From assembly GCA_963726515.1 (NCBI GenBank), contig CAVSCW010000019.1, positions 20,727 to 84,726 on the forward strand: a stretch of 64,000 nt of DNA. Reading direction: 5' to 3'. A model generated the notes under the pieces. That model was not told the DNA's origin. It made no database searches and saw only the letters and a program-made list of their open reading frames with translations. This stretch comes from an uncultured Actinomycetota bacterium (lineage in GTDB: Bacteria; Actinomycetota; Actinomycetes; Propionibacteriales; Nocardioidaceae). Of the stretch, positions 51,342 through 60,012 are shown in pieces (positions within the stretch are counted from its first letter, which is position 1; every line of letters starts with the position of its first letter). A program made the translations under genes and the position numbers.

Positions 51342-51373
51342 AAGGCAGGTGAAGACACCGACCAATCCGTTGG

Positions 51374-51401
51374 GGAATTCCGCAACGTACATCAGGTGTT
51401 G
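51374..51401 (+). promoter_or_regulatory. SigR/SigH-type ECF promoter GGAAT-N19-GTTG
   Basis: GGAAT 51374-51378, GTTG 51398-51401. Confidence 0.55.
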
Positions 51402-51450
51402 GAACAGGTGTGCGGCACAGGGGTGGCCGCACGAGGAGCAGGAGGACGAC

Positions 51451-52413
51451 ATGAGCACTGCACAGGCCAAGCGCACCACCACCACACGTGAGATCGAGGG
51501 CCGCGACAGCGTCGGGTTGTACCTCGACGAGATCGCCCGCACCCCGCTCCTCGACGCCGAGACCGAGGTGGAGCTCTCCAAGGCCATCGAGGCCGGGCTC
51601 CTGGCCCAGCACCTCCTCGACACGGGTCGTGTCGGACGCCGCAAGGGCGGCGCACCGATGAGTGCCAACGAGGAGGAGCTCGAGTGGCTGGCCGAGCAGG
51701 GCCGACTGGCCGTCGACCGCTTCATCGAGGCCAACCTGCGTCTCGTCGTCTCCATCGCCCGCAAGTACGGCCGCTCGCAGATGCCGATGCTCGACCTCAT
51801 CCAGGAGGGCAACACCGGCCTGATCCGCGCGGTCGAGAAGTTCGACTACACCAAGGGCTACAAGTTCTCGACGTACGCCACCTGGTGGGTGCGCCAGGCG
51901 ATCACTCGCGGCATCGCCCAGCAGGCCCGTGTCGTCCGGCTCCCCGTCCACGTCGTCGAGGAGCTCAACCAGGTCGGCAGCGCGCGCCGCACGCTGGAGC
52001 GTCAGCTCGGCCGCGACCCCGACCCGCAGGAGATCGCCGTCGAGCTCGGCATGAACGTGGACCGGGTGCTCGACCTGATGAGCTGGGGCCGCGACCACGT
52101 GTCGCTCGACACCCCGGTGGACGAGGACGGCGACACCTCGCTGGGTGACCTGATGGCGCAGGAGACGGCTCCCGGCCCGGACCTCAACGTCCTGGACGCC
52201 GAGGCCCGTCAGCGCCTCGAGGACCTGGTCGGGATCCTCGACGACCGATCCGCCGACATCGTCCGGGCCCGCTACGGCCTGGCCGACGGTCGCCAGCACA
52301 AGCTCGCCGACATCGGCGCCCGGCACGGCATCTCCGCCGAGCGGGTCCGCCAGCTCGAGCGGGAGGCGCTGCAGAAGCTGCGCCGCGCCGGTGACCCCGA
52401 CCTGGCGGCCTGA
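51451..52413 (+). CDS. hrdD: group 2 sigma-70 factor (HrdD/SigB-like)
   Basis: [35 protein letters not shown]; lacks region 1.1; GGAGG RBS. Confidence 0.85.
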   Translation: MSTAQAKRTTTTREIEGRDSVGLYLDEIARTPLLDAETEVELSKAIEAGLLAQHLLDTGRVGRRKGGAPMSANEEELEWLAEQGRLAVDRFIEANLRLVVSIARKYGRSQMPMLDLIQEGNTGLIRAVEKFDYTKGYKFSTYATWWVRQAITRGIAQQARVVRLPVHVVEELNQVGSARRTLERQLGRDPDPQEIAVELGMNVDRVLDLMSWGRDHVSLDTPVDEDGDTSLGDLMAQETAPGPDLNVLDAEARQRLEDLVGILDDRSADIVRARYGLADGRQHKLADIGARHGISAERVRQLEREALQKLRRAGDPDLAA

Positions 52414-52432
52414 GCCGGGCTGAGGCGCCCGG

Positions 52433-53734
52433 TCAGTACGCCGCGGACAGCAGGTTCGCGCTCGCGGCCCGTGCCCGCTCGACGACGTCGGGCGGCACGG
52501 GCCGCTGTGCTGCGGTGCGGGCCTGCCACAGCTGCACTGCCACCACCCGGGAGGCAGCCTCCTCGACCCGCTCGCGCGAGACGTCGCCCGAGGTGATGGC
52601 ATCGACCACGATCTGGTGGGTCGCAGCGGTGTCCACCGGCATCAGCAGCAGGTCGGCACCTGCCTCCAGGGCCTGGAGCGCGGGGGTGGGACGTCCCCCG
52701 ACCGCACCCATGCCGAGTGAGTCGGTGATCGTGACGCCCTCGAAGCCGAGGTCGTCGCGCAGCAGCTCGTAGACCTCGGGGGCCATGCTCGCCGGCACGT
52801 CCGGTGCGACGGCCGTGAGGTCGAGGTGGCTCAGCATGACCGCCGGCGCCTGATGGCGGATCGCCGCGTCGAACGGCGGCAGGTCGTGTGCCTCCATCTC
52901 GGCCAGGGTCGAGTCGACCACGGGCAACGTGTCGTGGCTGTCGTTGGTGGCGGTCCCGTGGCCGGGGAAGTGCTTCACGGTCGAGACGATCCCGGCGTCG
53001 TCGTAGCCCTTGACGGCCGCGCCTACCGCCTGCGCGGCGATGGCCGGGTCCGCGGAGGGCGAGCGGGGGCCGATGGTCGGGTCGGCGGCACCGATGGTGA
53101 CGTCGGCGACGGGCGCGAAGACCCACGTGAAGCCCAGTCCCCGCAGCTCCAGCCCGGTCGTCAGCGCGGCGGCGCGGGTCACCCGGCGCCCGAGCCTGGC
53201 GTCGCTGCTGATGGCGAGCCCGGCCGACTCGAAGTGCGGGAACTCGGTCGCGATCCCGCGCAGGTGGGAGACGTACCCACCCTCCTGGTCCACGCCGATC
53301 ACGGGCGGGAAGTCACGGCCGTCGCTGGCCGCGGCCTCCGAGATCGCACCGGTCATCGCGAGCACCTGCTCGGCGTCCACGACGTTGGCAGACGTCACCG
53401 ACACACCCGCCAGGTGCAGGTCGCGCACCATCCGTGCCGGTTCCTGCGGGTCGGTGCCGTGGAAGCGGCCGACGATGACCTGGCCGGCCAGCTGCTCGGG
53501 CGTCCAGGAGCTGACCAGGGCGCGGGCCTCCTCGATCTCACCGAGGGTGGGTCCCCAGGAGGACGGTGTGTCCGGGTCCTCCGGAGTCTCGGTCGCGGTC
53601 GGCGACGAGCGGGTCGGGGACGTCGTCGGGGTGGCTGTCGAGCCGTCGTCGGACGTCGATCCCGTCGACGCGCACGCGCTCACCACCAGGACTGCGGCTG
53701 CAATCACGGCCAGGCGGGGTCGGATCGGGAGCAC
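52433..53734 (-). CDS. GH3 beta-N-acetylhexosaminidase (NagZ-like) lipoprotein
   Basis: VSAC lipobox, DQEGG, APVAD, KHFPGHG...DSH, TDSLGM, GADLLL. Confidence 0.88.
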   Translation of the reverse strand: MLPIRPRLAVIAAAVLVVSACASTGSTSDDGSTATPTTSPTRSSPTATETPEDPDTPSSWGPTLGEIEEARALVSSWTPEQLAGQVIVGRFHGTDPQEPARMVRDLHLAGVSVTSANVVDAEQVLAMTGAISEAAASDGRDFPPVIGVDQEGGYVSHLRGIATEFPHFESAGLAISSDARLGRRVTRAAALTTGLELRGLGFTWVFAPVADVTIGAADPTIGPRSPSADPAIAAQAVGAAVKGYDDAGIVSTVKHFPGHGTATNDSHDTLPVVDSTLAEMEAHDLPPFDAAIRHQAPAVMLSHLDLTAVAPDVPASMAPEVYELLRDDLGFEGVTITDSLGMGAVGGRPTPALQALEAGADLLLMPVDTAATHQIVVDAITSGDVSRERVEEAASRVVAVQLWQARTAAQRPVPPDVVERARAASANLLSAAY

Positions 53735-53774
53735 GCCGGGAGGGTACCGGCCGGACCCGGGCAACCGGGAAACG

Positions 53775-54371
53775 TCAGGCACGGCTGCTGAGGGAGGCGT
53801 AGACCTCGCCGACCTGCTCGCGCAGCTGCTCGAGCGTGCCGGTGTTGTCCACGACGTACGTCGCGATCGCCAGCCGGTCCTCGCGTGTGGCCTGCGCGGC
53901 GATCCGCGACCGGGCCTCCTCGCCGGACCAGCCACGGTCCTCGACCATCCGGGCGACCTGGACCTCCGGGGGGGCGTCGACGACCACGACCGCGTCGAAC
54001 GAGCCCGCGCGTCCGACCTCGGCCAGGAGCGGGATGTCGTGCACCACGACCGCGTCCGCGGGCGCCTGGGCCTCGAGCTGCGCACTGCGCTCGTGCACGA
54101 GCGGATGGATGATCGCCTCGAGCCGTCGACGTGCCGCCGGGTCGGCGAAGACCAGGGCTCCCATGGCGGGACGGTCGAGGTCCCCGTCAGGGGTCAGCAG
54201 CCCCGGACCGAACTCGGCGACCACCGAGGCCAGGCCCGGGGTACCGCGCCCCACGACCTCGCGGGCGATGAGGTCCGCGTCGATGACGACCGCACCCAGC
54301 TCGGCGAGGATGGCCGAGACCGTGCTCTTGCCGGAGGCGATGCCTCCGGTCAGTCCGACCCGAACGGTCAC
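53775..54371 (-). CDS. coaE: dephospho-CoA kinase
   Basis: GLTGGIASGKS, DAD, IIHP, DIPLL; GGAGG RBS before GTG at 54371. Confidence 0.95.
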   Translation of the reverse strand: MTVRVGLTGGIASGKSTVSAILAELGAVVIDADLIAREVVGRGTPGLASVVAEFGPGLLTPDGDLDRPAMGALVFADPAARRRLEAIIHPLVHERSAQLEAQAPADAVVVHDIPLLAEVGRAGSFDAVVVVDAPPEVQVARMVEDRGWSGEEARSRIAAQATREDRLAIATYVVDNTGTLEQLREQVGEVYASLSSRA

Positions 54372-54418
54372 TGGTCCTCCCCCCACGACGACGATCACAC
54401 GTTCGGGAGCCTACGACG

Positions 54419-54592
54419 CGAGCGGGCACTTCCTCCCCGTCCCGAGCACCGAGCGGGCACTTCCTCCCCGTCCCGAGCACCGAGCGGGCACTTCCTCCCC
54501 GTCCCGAGCACCGAGCGGGCACTTCCTCCCCGTCCCGAGCACCGAGCGGGCACTTCCTCCCCGTCCCGAGCACCGAGCGGGCAGTTCCTCCC
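54419..54592. repeat. tandem array A: 5 identical 31-bp units plus a partial unit
   Basis: CGAGCGGGCACTTCCTCCCCGTCCCGAGCAC at 54419, 54450, 54481, 54512, 54543; partial at 54574. Confidence 0.95.
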
Positions 54593-54820
54593 GGTCAGCC
54601 CTGCAGGACGGGAACGAAGTGCCCGGTCAGCGTGCAGGACGGGAACGAAGCGCCCGGTCAGCGTGCAGGACGGGAACGAAGCGCCCGGTCAGCGTGCAGG
54701 ACGGGAACGAAGCGCCCGGTCAGCGTGCAGGACGGGAACGAAGCGCCCGGTCAGCGTGCAGGACGGGAACGAAGCGCCCGGTCAGCGTGCAGGACGGGAA
54801 CGAAGCGCCCGGTCAGCGTG
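54590..54820. repeat. tandem array B: 7 units of 31 bp (first is a 32-bp variant) plus a partial unit, inverted relative to array A
   Basis: CCCGGTCAGCGTGCAGGACGGGAACGAAGCG at 54622, 54653, 54684, 54715, 54746, 54777; variant at 54590; partial at 54808. Confidence 0.95.
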
Positions 54821-56093
54821 TGGTGGCCTGCTCCAGCGCGGCCAGCAGCACGCAGGTCGCCACGGCCTCCATCGCCTCGGTGACCTCGGCGAGCGGCGGC
54901 ATGGTGGGCGCCAGCCGGATGTTGGTGTCGTCGGGGTCCTGCTTGTAGGGGTACGACGACCCGGCGGGCGTCAGCGCGACGCCGGCCTCCTTGGCGAGGG
55001 CCACGACGCGGCTGGCCGTGCCGGGCACCACGTCGAGGTTGACGAAGTAGCCGCCGGCCGGAGTGTTCCAGGTCGCGACCCCGCGCCCCGCGAGCCGCTC
55101 GGTGAGGACCCGGTCCACCTCGGCGAACTTCGGCGCGATGATCTCGCGGTGCTTGACCATGTGGTCGCGCACACCCTGGGGCGAGCCGAAGAACTCGACG
55201 TGGCGCAGGTGGTTGACCTTGTCGGGTCCGATCGAGCCGTTGCCGAGGTGGCCGAGGTACCACCCGAGGGTGGCCGTCGAGGCCGCCAGGAACGCGACGC
55301 CGGCCCCGGCGAAGGTGATCTTGGAGGTCGAGGCGAACATGATCGGCCGATCCGGGTGACCCGCGGTCTCGGCCAGGGTGAGGATGTCGGCGCTCGTGAC
55401 CTCCTCGTCGGTGAGGTGGTGCAGCGCGTAGGCGTTGTCCCAGAGGATCTTGAAGTCGGGGGCCGCCGTGGGCATCGCGGCAAGCCGGGCGGCCACCTCC
55501 TGGCTCACGATCGCACCCGTCGGGTTGGCGTACGTCGGCACGACCCACATGCCCTTGATGCTCGCGTCGTCGGCGACGAGGGCGGCGACGGCGTCGACGT
55601 CCGGCCCGTCGTGGTTCATCGGCACGGTCACCATCTCGATGCCGAGGCTCTCCAGCAGGGTGAAGTGCCGGTCGTAGCCCGGCACCGGGCACACGAAGCG
55701 GACCTTCTCCTCCTGGCTCCACGGACGCTCGGAGTCGACGCCACCGAAGAGCATCAGGTAGACGAGGCAGTCACGCATCAGGGTCAGGCTGGAGTTCCCC
55801 CCGGCGACGATCTGCTCGGTCTCGACACCCAGCAGCTCGGCGAACATCTCGCGGAGGTCGCCCAGCCCCTCGAGGCCGCCGTAGTTGCGCACGTCGACGC
55901 CCCGCGAGTCCAACGTCCGGGTCGGGAGCCGGAGCAGGTCGTCGGCCAGGTCGAGCTGCTGCGCGGAGGGCTTGCCCCGCGTCAGGTCGAGCTTCAACCC
56001 CTTGGCCGACAGGTCGGCGTACGCCGCCCGCTGCTCCTCGAGCAGGGCGGCGAGGTCGGCGGCGGACAGGTCGGCCAGGGCAGTCGCGTTCAC
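54813..56093 (-). CDS. PLP-dependent aminotransferase class I/II (Rv3722c-like aspartate aminotransferase)
   Basis: LDLTRGKP, RNYGG, PGYDRHF, NPTG, WDNAY, STSKIT, GGYF, IRLAP. Confidence 0.88.
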   Translation of the reverse strand: MNATALADLSAADLAALLEEQRAAYADLSAKGLKLDLTRGKPSAQQLDLADDLLRLPTRTLDSRGVDVRNYGGLEGLGDLREMFAELLGVETEQIVAGGNSSLTLMRDCLVYLMLFGGVDSERPWSQEEKVRFVCPVPGYDRHFTLLESLGIEMVTVPMNHDGPDVDAVAALVADDASIKGMWVVPTYANPTGAIVSQEVAARLAAMPTAAPDFKILWDNAYALHHLTDEEVTSADILTLAETAGHPDRPIMFASTSKITFAGAGVAFLAASTATLGWYLGHLGNGSIGPDKVNHLRHVEFFGSPQGVRDHMVKHREIIAPKFAEVDRVLTERLAGRGVATWNTPAGGYFVNLDVVPGTASRVVALAKEAGVALTPAGSSYPYKQDPDDTNIRLAPTMPPLAEVTEAMEAVATCVLLAALEQATTR

Positions 56094-56124
56094 GCGGTCA
56101 AGGCTACCGAGGCCCTGCCCGAGG

Positions 56125-57075
56125 TCAGGCGGGCGTCCGGAACGTACGCCGATACTCCTGCGGGCTGACCCCGCGCGAGCGGCCGAAGTGGTGGCGCAGC
56201 GTCGCGGCGTTGCCGAAGCCGACCTCGCCGGCCACCCAGTCGATGGAGTGGTCGGTCTGCTCGAGCAGCTCCTGCGCGGCACGCACCCGCTCGCCCAGCA
56301 CCCAGCTGTAGGGCGTGGTGCCGGTCTCCTCCTTGAAGCGGCGCGCAAAGGTGCGTCCCGACATGTGCATCTGGCGGGCCAGCGTCTCGACGTCGAGGTC
56401 CTCGGCCAGGTTCGCCGCGATCCAGGCCAGCAGCGGGGACAGTGCCTCCGACTCGCAGACCGGGACGGGTCGGGCGATGAACTGGGCCTGGCCGCCGTCG
56501 CGGTGCGGCGGCACGACCATCCGTCGGGCGGTGGTGGCGGCGACCTTGGCACCGAAGTGCTGACGCATGACGTGCAGCGCCGCATCGAGACCGGCCGCCG
56601 AGCCGGCGCCGGTGACGATGGAGCCGTCCTGGACGTAGAGCACGTTGCCGTCGATCGTCGCCTCGGGATGGCGCGCGGCCAGCTCGTCCACGTGGCGCCA
56701 GTGCGTGGTGGCGCGCCGGCCGTCGAGGAGGCCGGCCTCGCCCAGGACGAAGGCGGCGGAGCAGTGGGCGAAGACGAGTGCGCCCCGGTCGTGGACTGCC
56801 CGGACCAGCTCCACCACCTCGGGAGAGGGCTCCAGGTAGCCCCGCTTGGGCACCAGGCACACGAGGTCGGCGTCGGCAGCCTCGGCGAGCGAGTGGTCCA
56901 CGTGGAGGTCGAAGCCGGTGGCGCCGGCCACCCGGCCGGGGCGCGGGGTCGCGACGATGAAGTCGAAGACCGGATTGTCGTCGTCGGGGTGGTAGGGCTC
57001 TCCCCAGACCTCGCAGATGGAGCCGAGCCCGAACGGCTCTGCTCCGTCCTGCACGACGGCGGCGACCTTCTTCAT
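56125..57075 (-). CDS. GlxA/AdpA-family AraC regulator (DJ-1/PfpI + HTH)
   Basis: GLLDGRRATTHW, RDGGQAQFI, RTFARRF, GFGNAATLRHHF. Confidence 0.92.
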   Translation of the reverse strand: MKKVAAVVQDGAEPFGLGSICEVWGEPYHPDDDNPVFDFIVATPRPGRVAGATGFDLHVDHSLAEAADADLVCLVPKRGYLEPSPEVVELVRAVHDRGALVFAHCSAAFVLGEAGLLDGRRATTHWRHVDELAARHPEATIDGNVLYVQDGSIVTGAGSAAGLDAALHVMRQHFGAKVAATTARRMVVPPHRDGGQAQFIARPVPVCESEALSPLLAWIAANLAEDLDVETLARQMHMSGRTFARRFKEETGTTPYSWVLGERVRAAQELLEQTDHSIDWVAGEVGFGNAATLRHHFGRSRGVSPQEYRRTFRTPA

Positions 57076-57096
57076 GGGACCAGCGTGCACCACCGG

Positions 57097-57169
57097 TGGC
57101 AGTAAATCAACCAACACTGTCGTTCCTGCCACTGGTGGCGGGAAGTCAACGGGCGGATGATTACTGCCA
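57097..57169. promoter_or_regulatory. four TGGC(A/G)G half-sites in two inverted pairs; probable operator of the adjacent regulator
   Basis: TGGCAGTAAATCAAC (57097), GTTCCTGCCA (57122), TGGCGGGAAGTCAAC (57136), GATTACTGCCA (57159). Confidence 0.6.
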
Positions 57170-57327
57170 TGAACGCCATCCTCTTCCTCCTGGTCCTGAC
57201 CGCCGTCACCGCACTGCTGGTCTCCTACGCCCGCCACGACCGGTTCGCCGGCCCCGCCGCGACCTCCCACCCGCTCGACGACCTCGGCCCGGTCGATGAG
57301 CGTCGTCACCTCGTCCCCCGCGGCTGA
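57169..57327 (+). CDS. 52-aa single-TM micro-protein (absent from the ORF track)
   Basis: MNAILFLLVLTAVTALLVSYARHDRFAGPAATSHPLDDLGPVDERRHLVPRG; almost all codons end in G/C; fits the gap between regulator and patatin gene. Confidence 0.72.
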   Translation: MNAILFLLVLTAVTALLVSYARHDRFAGPAATSHPLDDLGPVDERRHLVPRG

Positions 57328-57345
57328 GCGCGGCTCTCCGGCCCC

Positions 57346-58188
57346 TCAGCCGCGCCACACGTGGCGCAGCTCCTCGACCAGTCCCCGCGACTGGCGCAGA
57401 CCCGCCTCGGCGGCTCCCCGGCGCTTCGCCGGGTCCAGCAGGTTGCGCCCGAACGCGGCAAGCGCCTCGGCGTCCGGGGTGACCACGGACCACTCCCGCG
57501 CGCCAACCCGCTCGAGCTGGGCCCTGATCGAGGCCTTCTTGCTCAGCGACCTGGGCAGGGGGGCGAGGACGACCACCCGGTCGGCACCTCTCGCCACGTC
57601 GACGTTGGCCGTGGACCGCATGCCGCCGTCCATGTAGAACCGGCCGTCGATCTCGACCGGCGGCCAGACCGTGGGCACGGCGCAGCTGGCAGTGATGGCG
57701 GCGACGAGGTCGACCCCCGACTCCTTGGTGAAGACGGTGAACTCGCCGCTCTCCGTGTCGACGGCCGTCACGCGCAGGTCTCGCTCGGGCCACCCGTGGA
57801 CCGGGAGCCGGGCGCGGATCACGCCCTCGCGGTCGACGCTGCCCGGCTCGTGCGAGGCCATCGCCACGCGCCCCACGCGGGCCAGCTTGTCCCGACCGCT
57901 GCCGGGCAGCAGGTAGGGAGGCGCGAGCTTGAGCGCGGCGATGCGCGACAACCGTCCGCCGAGCTCCGCGTCGGGCGGCTCGAGCTGGGCGGCGTACAGG
58001 TCGTCCAGGGGTACGTCGTTGGTGACCTGCGCGCCCACGACCGAGCCGGCGGACGTGCCGATCACGACATCGGCATCGGTGAGGTCGACGCCGGCCTCGG
58101 CCAGGCCGGCCAGCAGGCCGAGCTCCCACGCGATGCCGGTGATCCCGCCACCCCCGAGCACCAGTGCCGTCCGGCCGCGTCCCTCCAT
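57346..58188 (-). CDS. patatin-like phospholipase
   Basis: LVLGGGG, GTSAG, ASCAVP, DGG. Confidence 0.92.
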   Translation of the reverse strand: MEGRGRTALVLGGGGITGIAWELGLLAGLAEAGVDLTDADVVIGTSAGSVVGAQVTNDVPLDDLYAAQLEPPDAELGGRLSRIAALKLAPPYLLPGSGRDKLARVGRVAMASHEPGSVDREGVIRARLPVHGWPERDLRVTAVDTESGEFTVFTKESGVDLVAAITASCAVPTVWPPVEIDGRFYMDGGMRSTANVDVARGADRVVVLAPLPRSLSKKASIRAQLERVGAREWSVVTPDAEALAAFGRNLLDPAKRRGAAEAGLRQSRGLVEELRHVWRG

Positions 58189-58256
58189 GCGCCAGTTCTA
58201 CCCGACGGGACCAGATCTCCCCGGTGGGACCGCGTCCCCGTTGGGGACCGGACGCG

Positions 58257-58291
58257 ACGACGGCCCGCCGGGAGTCCCGGCGGGCCGTCGT
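58257..58291 (-). terminator. rpsA terminator hairpin
   Basis: ACGACGGCCCGCCGGG / CCCGGCGGGCCGTCGT stem ~20 nt after the rpsA stop. Confidence 0.78.
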
Positions 58292-58312
58292 AGGGTGCGT
58301 CAGATCAGCGGA

Positions 58313-59803
58313 TCAGGCCTGGCCGCCGGTCAGCTTCTCGCGAAGCGCCTGCAGCGCCTCGTCGGACGCGAGCGAGCCACTGGTGTCGGCACCAGCGGTC
58401 TCCTCGTCGGCCGCGACCTCGCCACCGGAGGAGTAGGACGTGGCCTCGCTGGCCTCGACCTCGGCCTGCTTGGCCTCCTCCTGCTGCTTGACGTGCGCCT
58501 CCCAGCGGGTGTGCGCCTTGGCGTACTGGTCCTCCCAGACCCCACGCTGCTCGTCGTAGCCCTCGAGCCACTCGCCGGTCTCGGGGTCGAAGCCCTCGGG
58601 GTAGACGTAGTTGCCCTGCTCGTCGTAGGTGGCGGTCATGCCGTAGAGCGTGGGGTCGAACTCCTCCACGTCGGCGGCAGCAGCCGTCTCGTTGGCCTGC
58701 TTGAGCGACAGCGAGATCCGGCGACGCTCGAGGTCGATGTCGATGATCTTGACCATGACGTCGTCGTTGACCTGGACGACCTGCTCGGGGATCTCGACGT
58801 GACGCTCGGCGAGCTCGGAGATGTGCACCAGGCCCTCGATGCCCTCCTCGACGCGGACGAACGAACCGAAGGGCACCAGCTTGGTGACCTTGCCCGGCAC
58901 GATCTGGCCGATCTGGTGGGTGCGGGCGAAGTGCTGCCACGGGTCCTCCTGCGTCGCCTTCAGCGACAGGGAGACACGCTCGCGGTCCATGTCCACGTCG
59001 AGGACCTCGACGGTGACCTCGTCGCCCACGGCGACGACCTCGGACGGGTGGTCGATGTGCTTCCAGGAGAGCTCCGAGACGTGGACGAGACCGTCGACGC
59101 CACCGAGGTCCACGAACGCACCGAAGTTGACGATCGAGGAGACGACACCCTTGCGGATCTGACCCTTCTGGAGCTGGGTCAAGAAGCCGTGGCGCACCTC
59201 GGACTGGGTCTGCTCGAGCCACGCGCGACGCGACAGGACCACGTTGTTGCGGTTCTTGTCGAGCTCGATGATCTTCGCCTCGAGGACCTGGCCGACGTAG
59301 GGCTGCAGGTCGCGGACGCGACGCATCTCCACCAGCGACGCAGGCAGGAAGCCGCGCAGGCCGATGTCGAGGATGAGGCCGCCCTTGACGACCTCGATGA
59401 CGGTGCCCTCGACGACGCCGTCCTCCTCCTTGACCTGCTCGATGGTGCCCCAGGCGCGCTCGTACTGGGCGCGCTTCTTGGACAGGATCAGACGGCCTTC
59501 CTTGTCCTCCTTCTGGAGGACGAGAGCCTCGACCTTGTCGCCCACGGAAACGACCTCGTTGGGGTCGACGTCGTGCTTGATCGACAGCTCGCGCGAGGGG
59601 ATGACGCCCTCGGTCTTGTAGCCGATGTCGAGGAGTACCTCGTCGCGGTCCACCTTGACGATGGTCCCGTCGACGATGTCACCGTCGTTGAAGTACTTGA
59701 TCGTCGCGTCGATGGCGGCGAGGAAATCCTCTTCGGACCCGATGTCGTTGATCGCCACCTGGGGCGCGTCGTAGTCCGGAAGTGTGGAGAGCGTGCTCGT
59801 CAT
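58313..59803 (-). CDS. rpsA: 30S ribosomal protein S1
   Basis: VAINDIGS, DIGYKTEG, four S1 repeats, SLASDEALQALREKL. Confidence 0.97.
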   Translation of the reverse strand: MTSTLSTLPDYDAPQVAINDIGSEEDFLAAIDATIKYFNDGDIVDGTIVKVDRDEVLLDIGYKTEGVIPSRELSIKHDVDPNEVVSVGDKVEALVLQKEDKEGRLILSKKRAQYERAWGTIEQVKEEDGVVEGTVIEVVKGGLILDIGLRGFLPASLVEMRRVRDLQPYVGQVLEAKIIELDKNRNNVVLSRRAWLEQTQSEVRHGFLTQLQKGQIRKGVVSSIVNFGAFVDLGGVDGLVHVSELSWKHIDHPSEVVAVGDEVTVEVLDVDMDRERVSLSLKATQEDPWQHFARTHQIGQIVPGKVTKLVPFGSFVRVEEGIEGLVHISELAERHVEIPEQVVQVNDDVMVKIIDIDLERRRISLSLKQANETAAAADVEEFDPTLYGMTATYDEQGNYVYPEGFDPETGEWLEGYDEQRGVWEDQYAKAHTRWEAHVKQQEEAKQAEVEASEATSYSSGGEVAADEETAGADTSGSLASDEALQALREKLTGGQA

Positions 59804-60012
59804 ATGGGAAGTGATTCCTTGGATGGATGGAGTCGTGCGAACGCGCGCAACCGTCTGTTTCACTGGCCCCCGACGGTGACGAGTCACTGACGCGGGGCAC
59901 GGCGAGCCGGGTTTCGCTCGGTATGGAAGCCGGGCGGACGACTGGCGCAACCACCGATCCTACGCGCGTGCGTCTGCCCGCGTCCAACCGGGGAGGCACG
60001 CTCGTCCCACGC

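Noticed and set aside
54419-54820. CRISPR array or guide-RNA array
   Set aside because: Units within each array are identical, with no variable spacers, and no cas-like gene is in the window.
54187-54948. Repeat-protein ORFs across the arrays (e.g. 53836-54948, 54632-54883)
   Set aside because: A 31-bp period cycles through all frames and the ORFs overlap coaE antisense; artefacts of stop-poor repeats.
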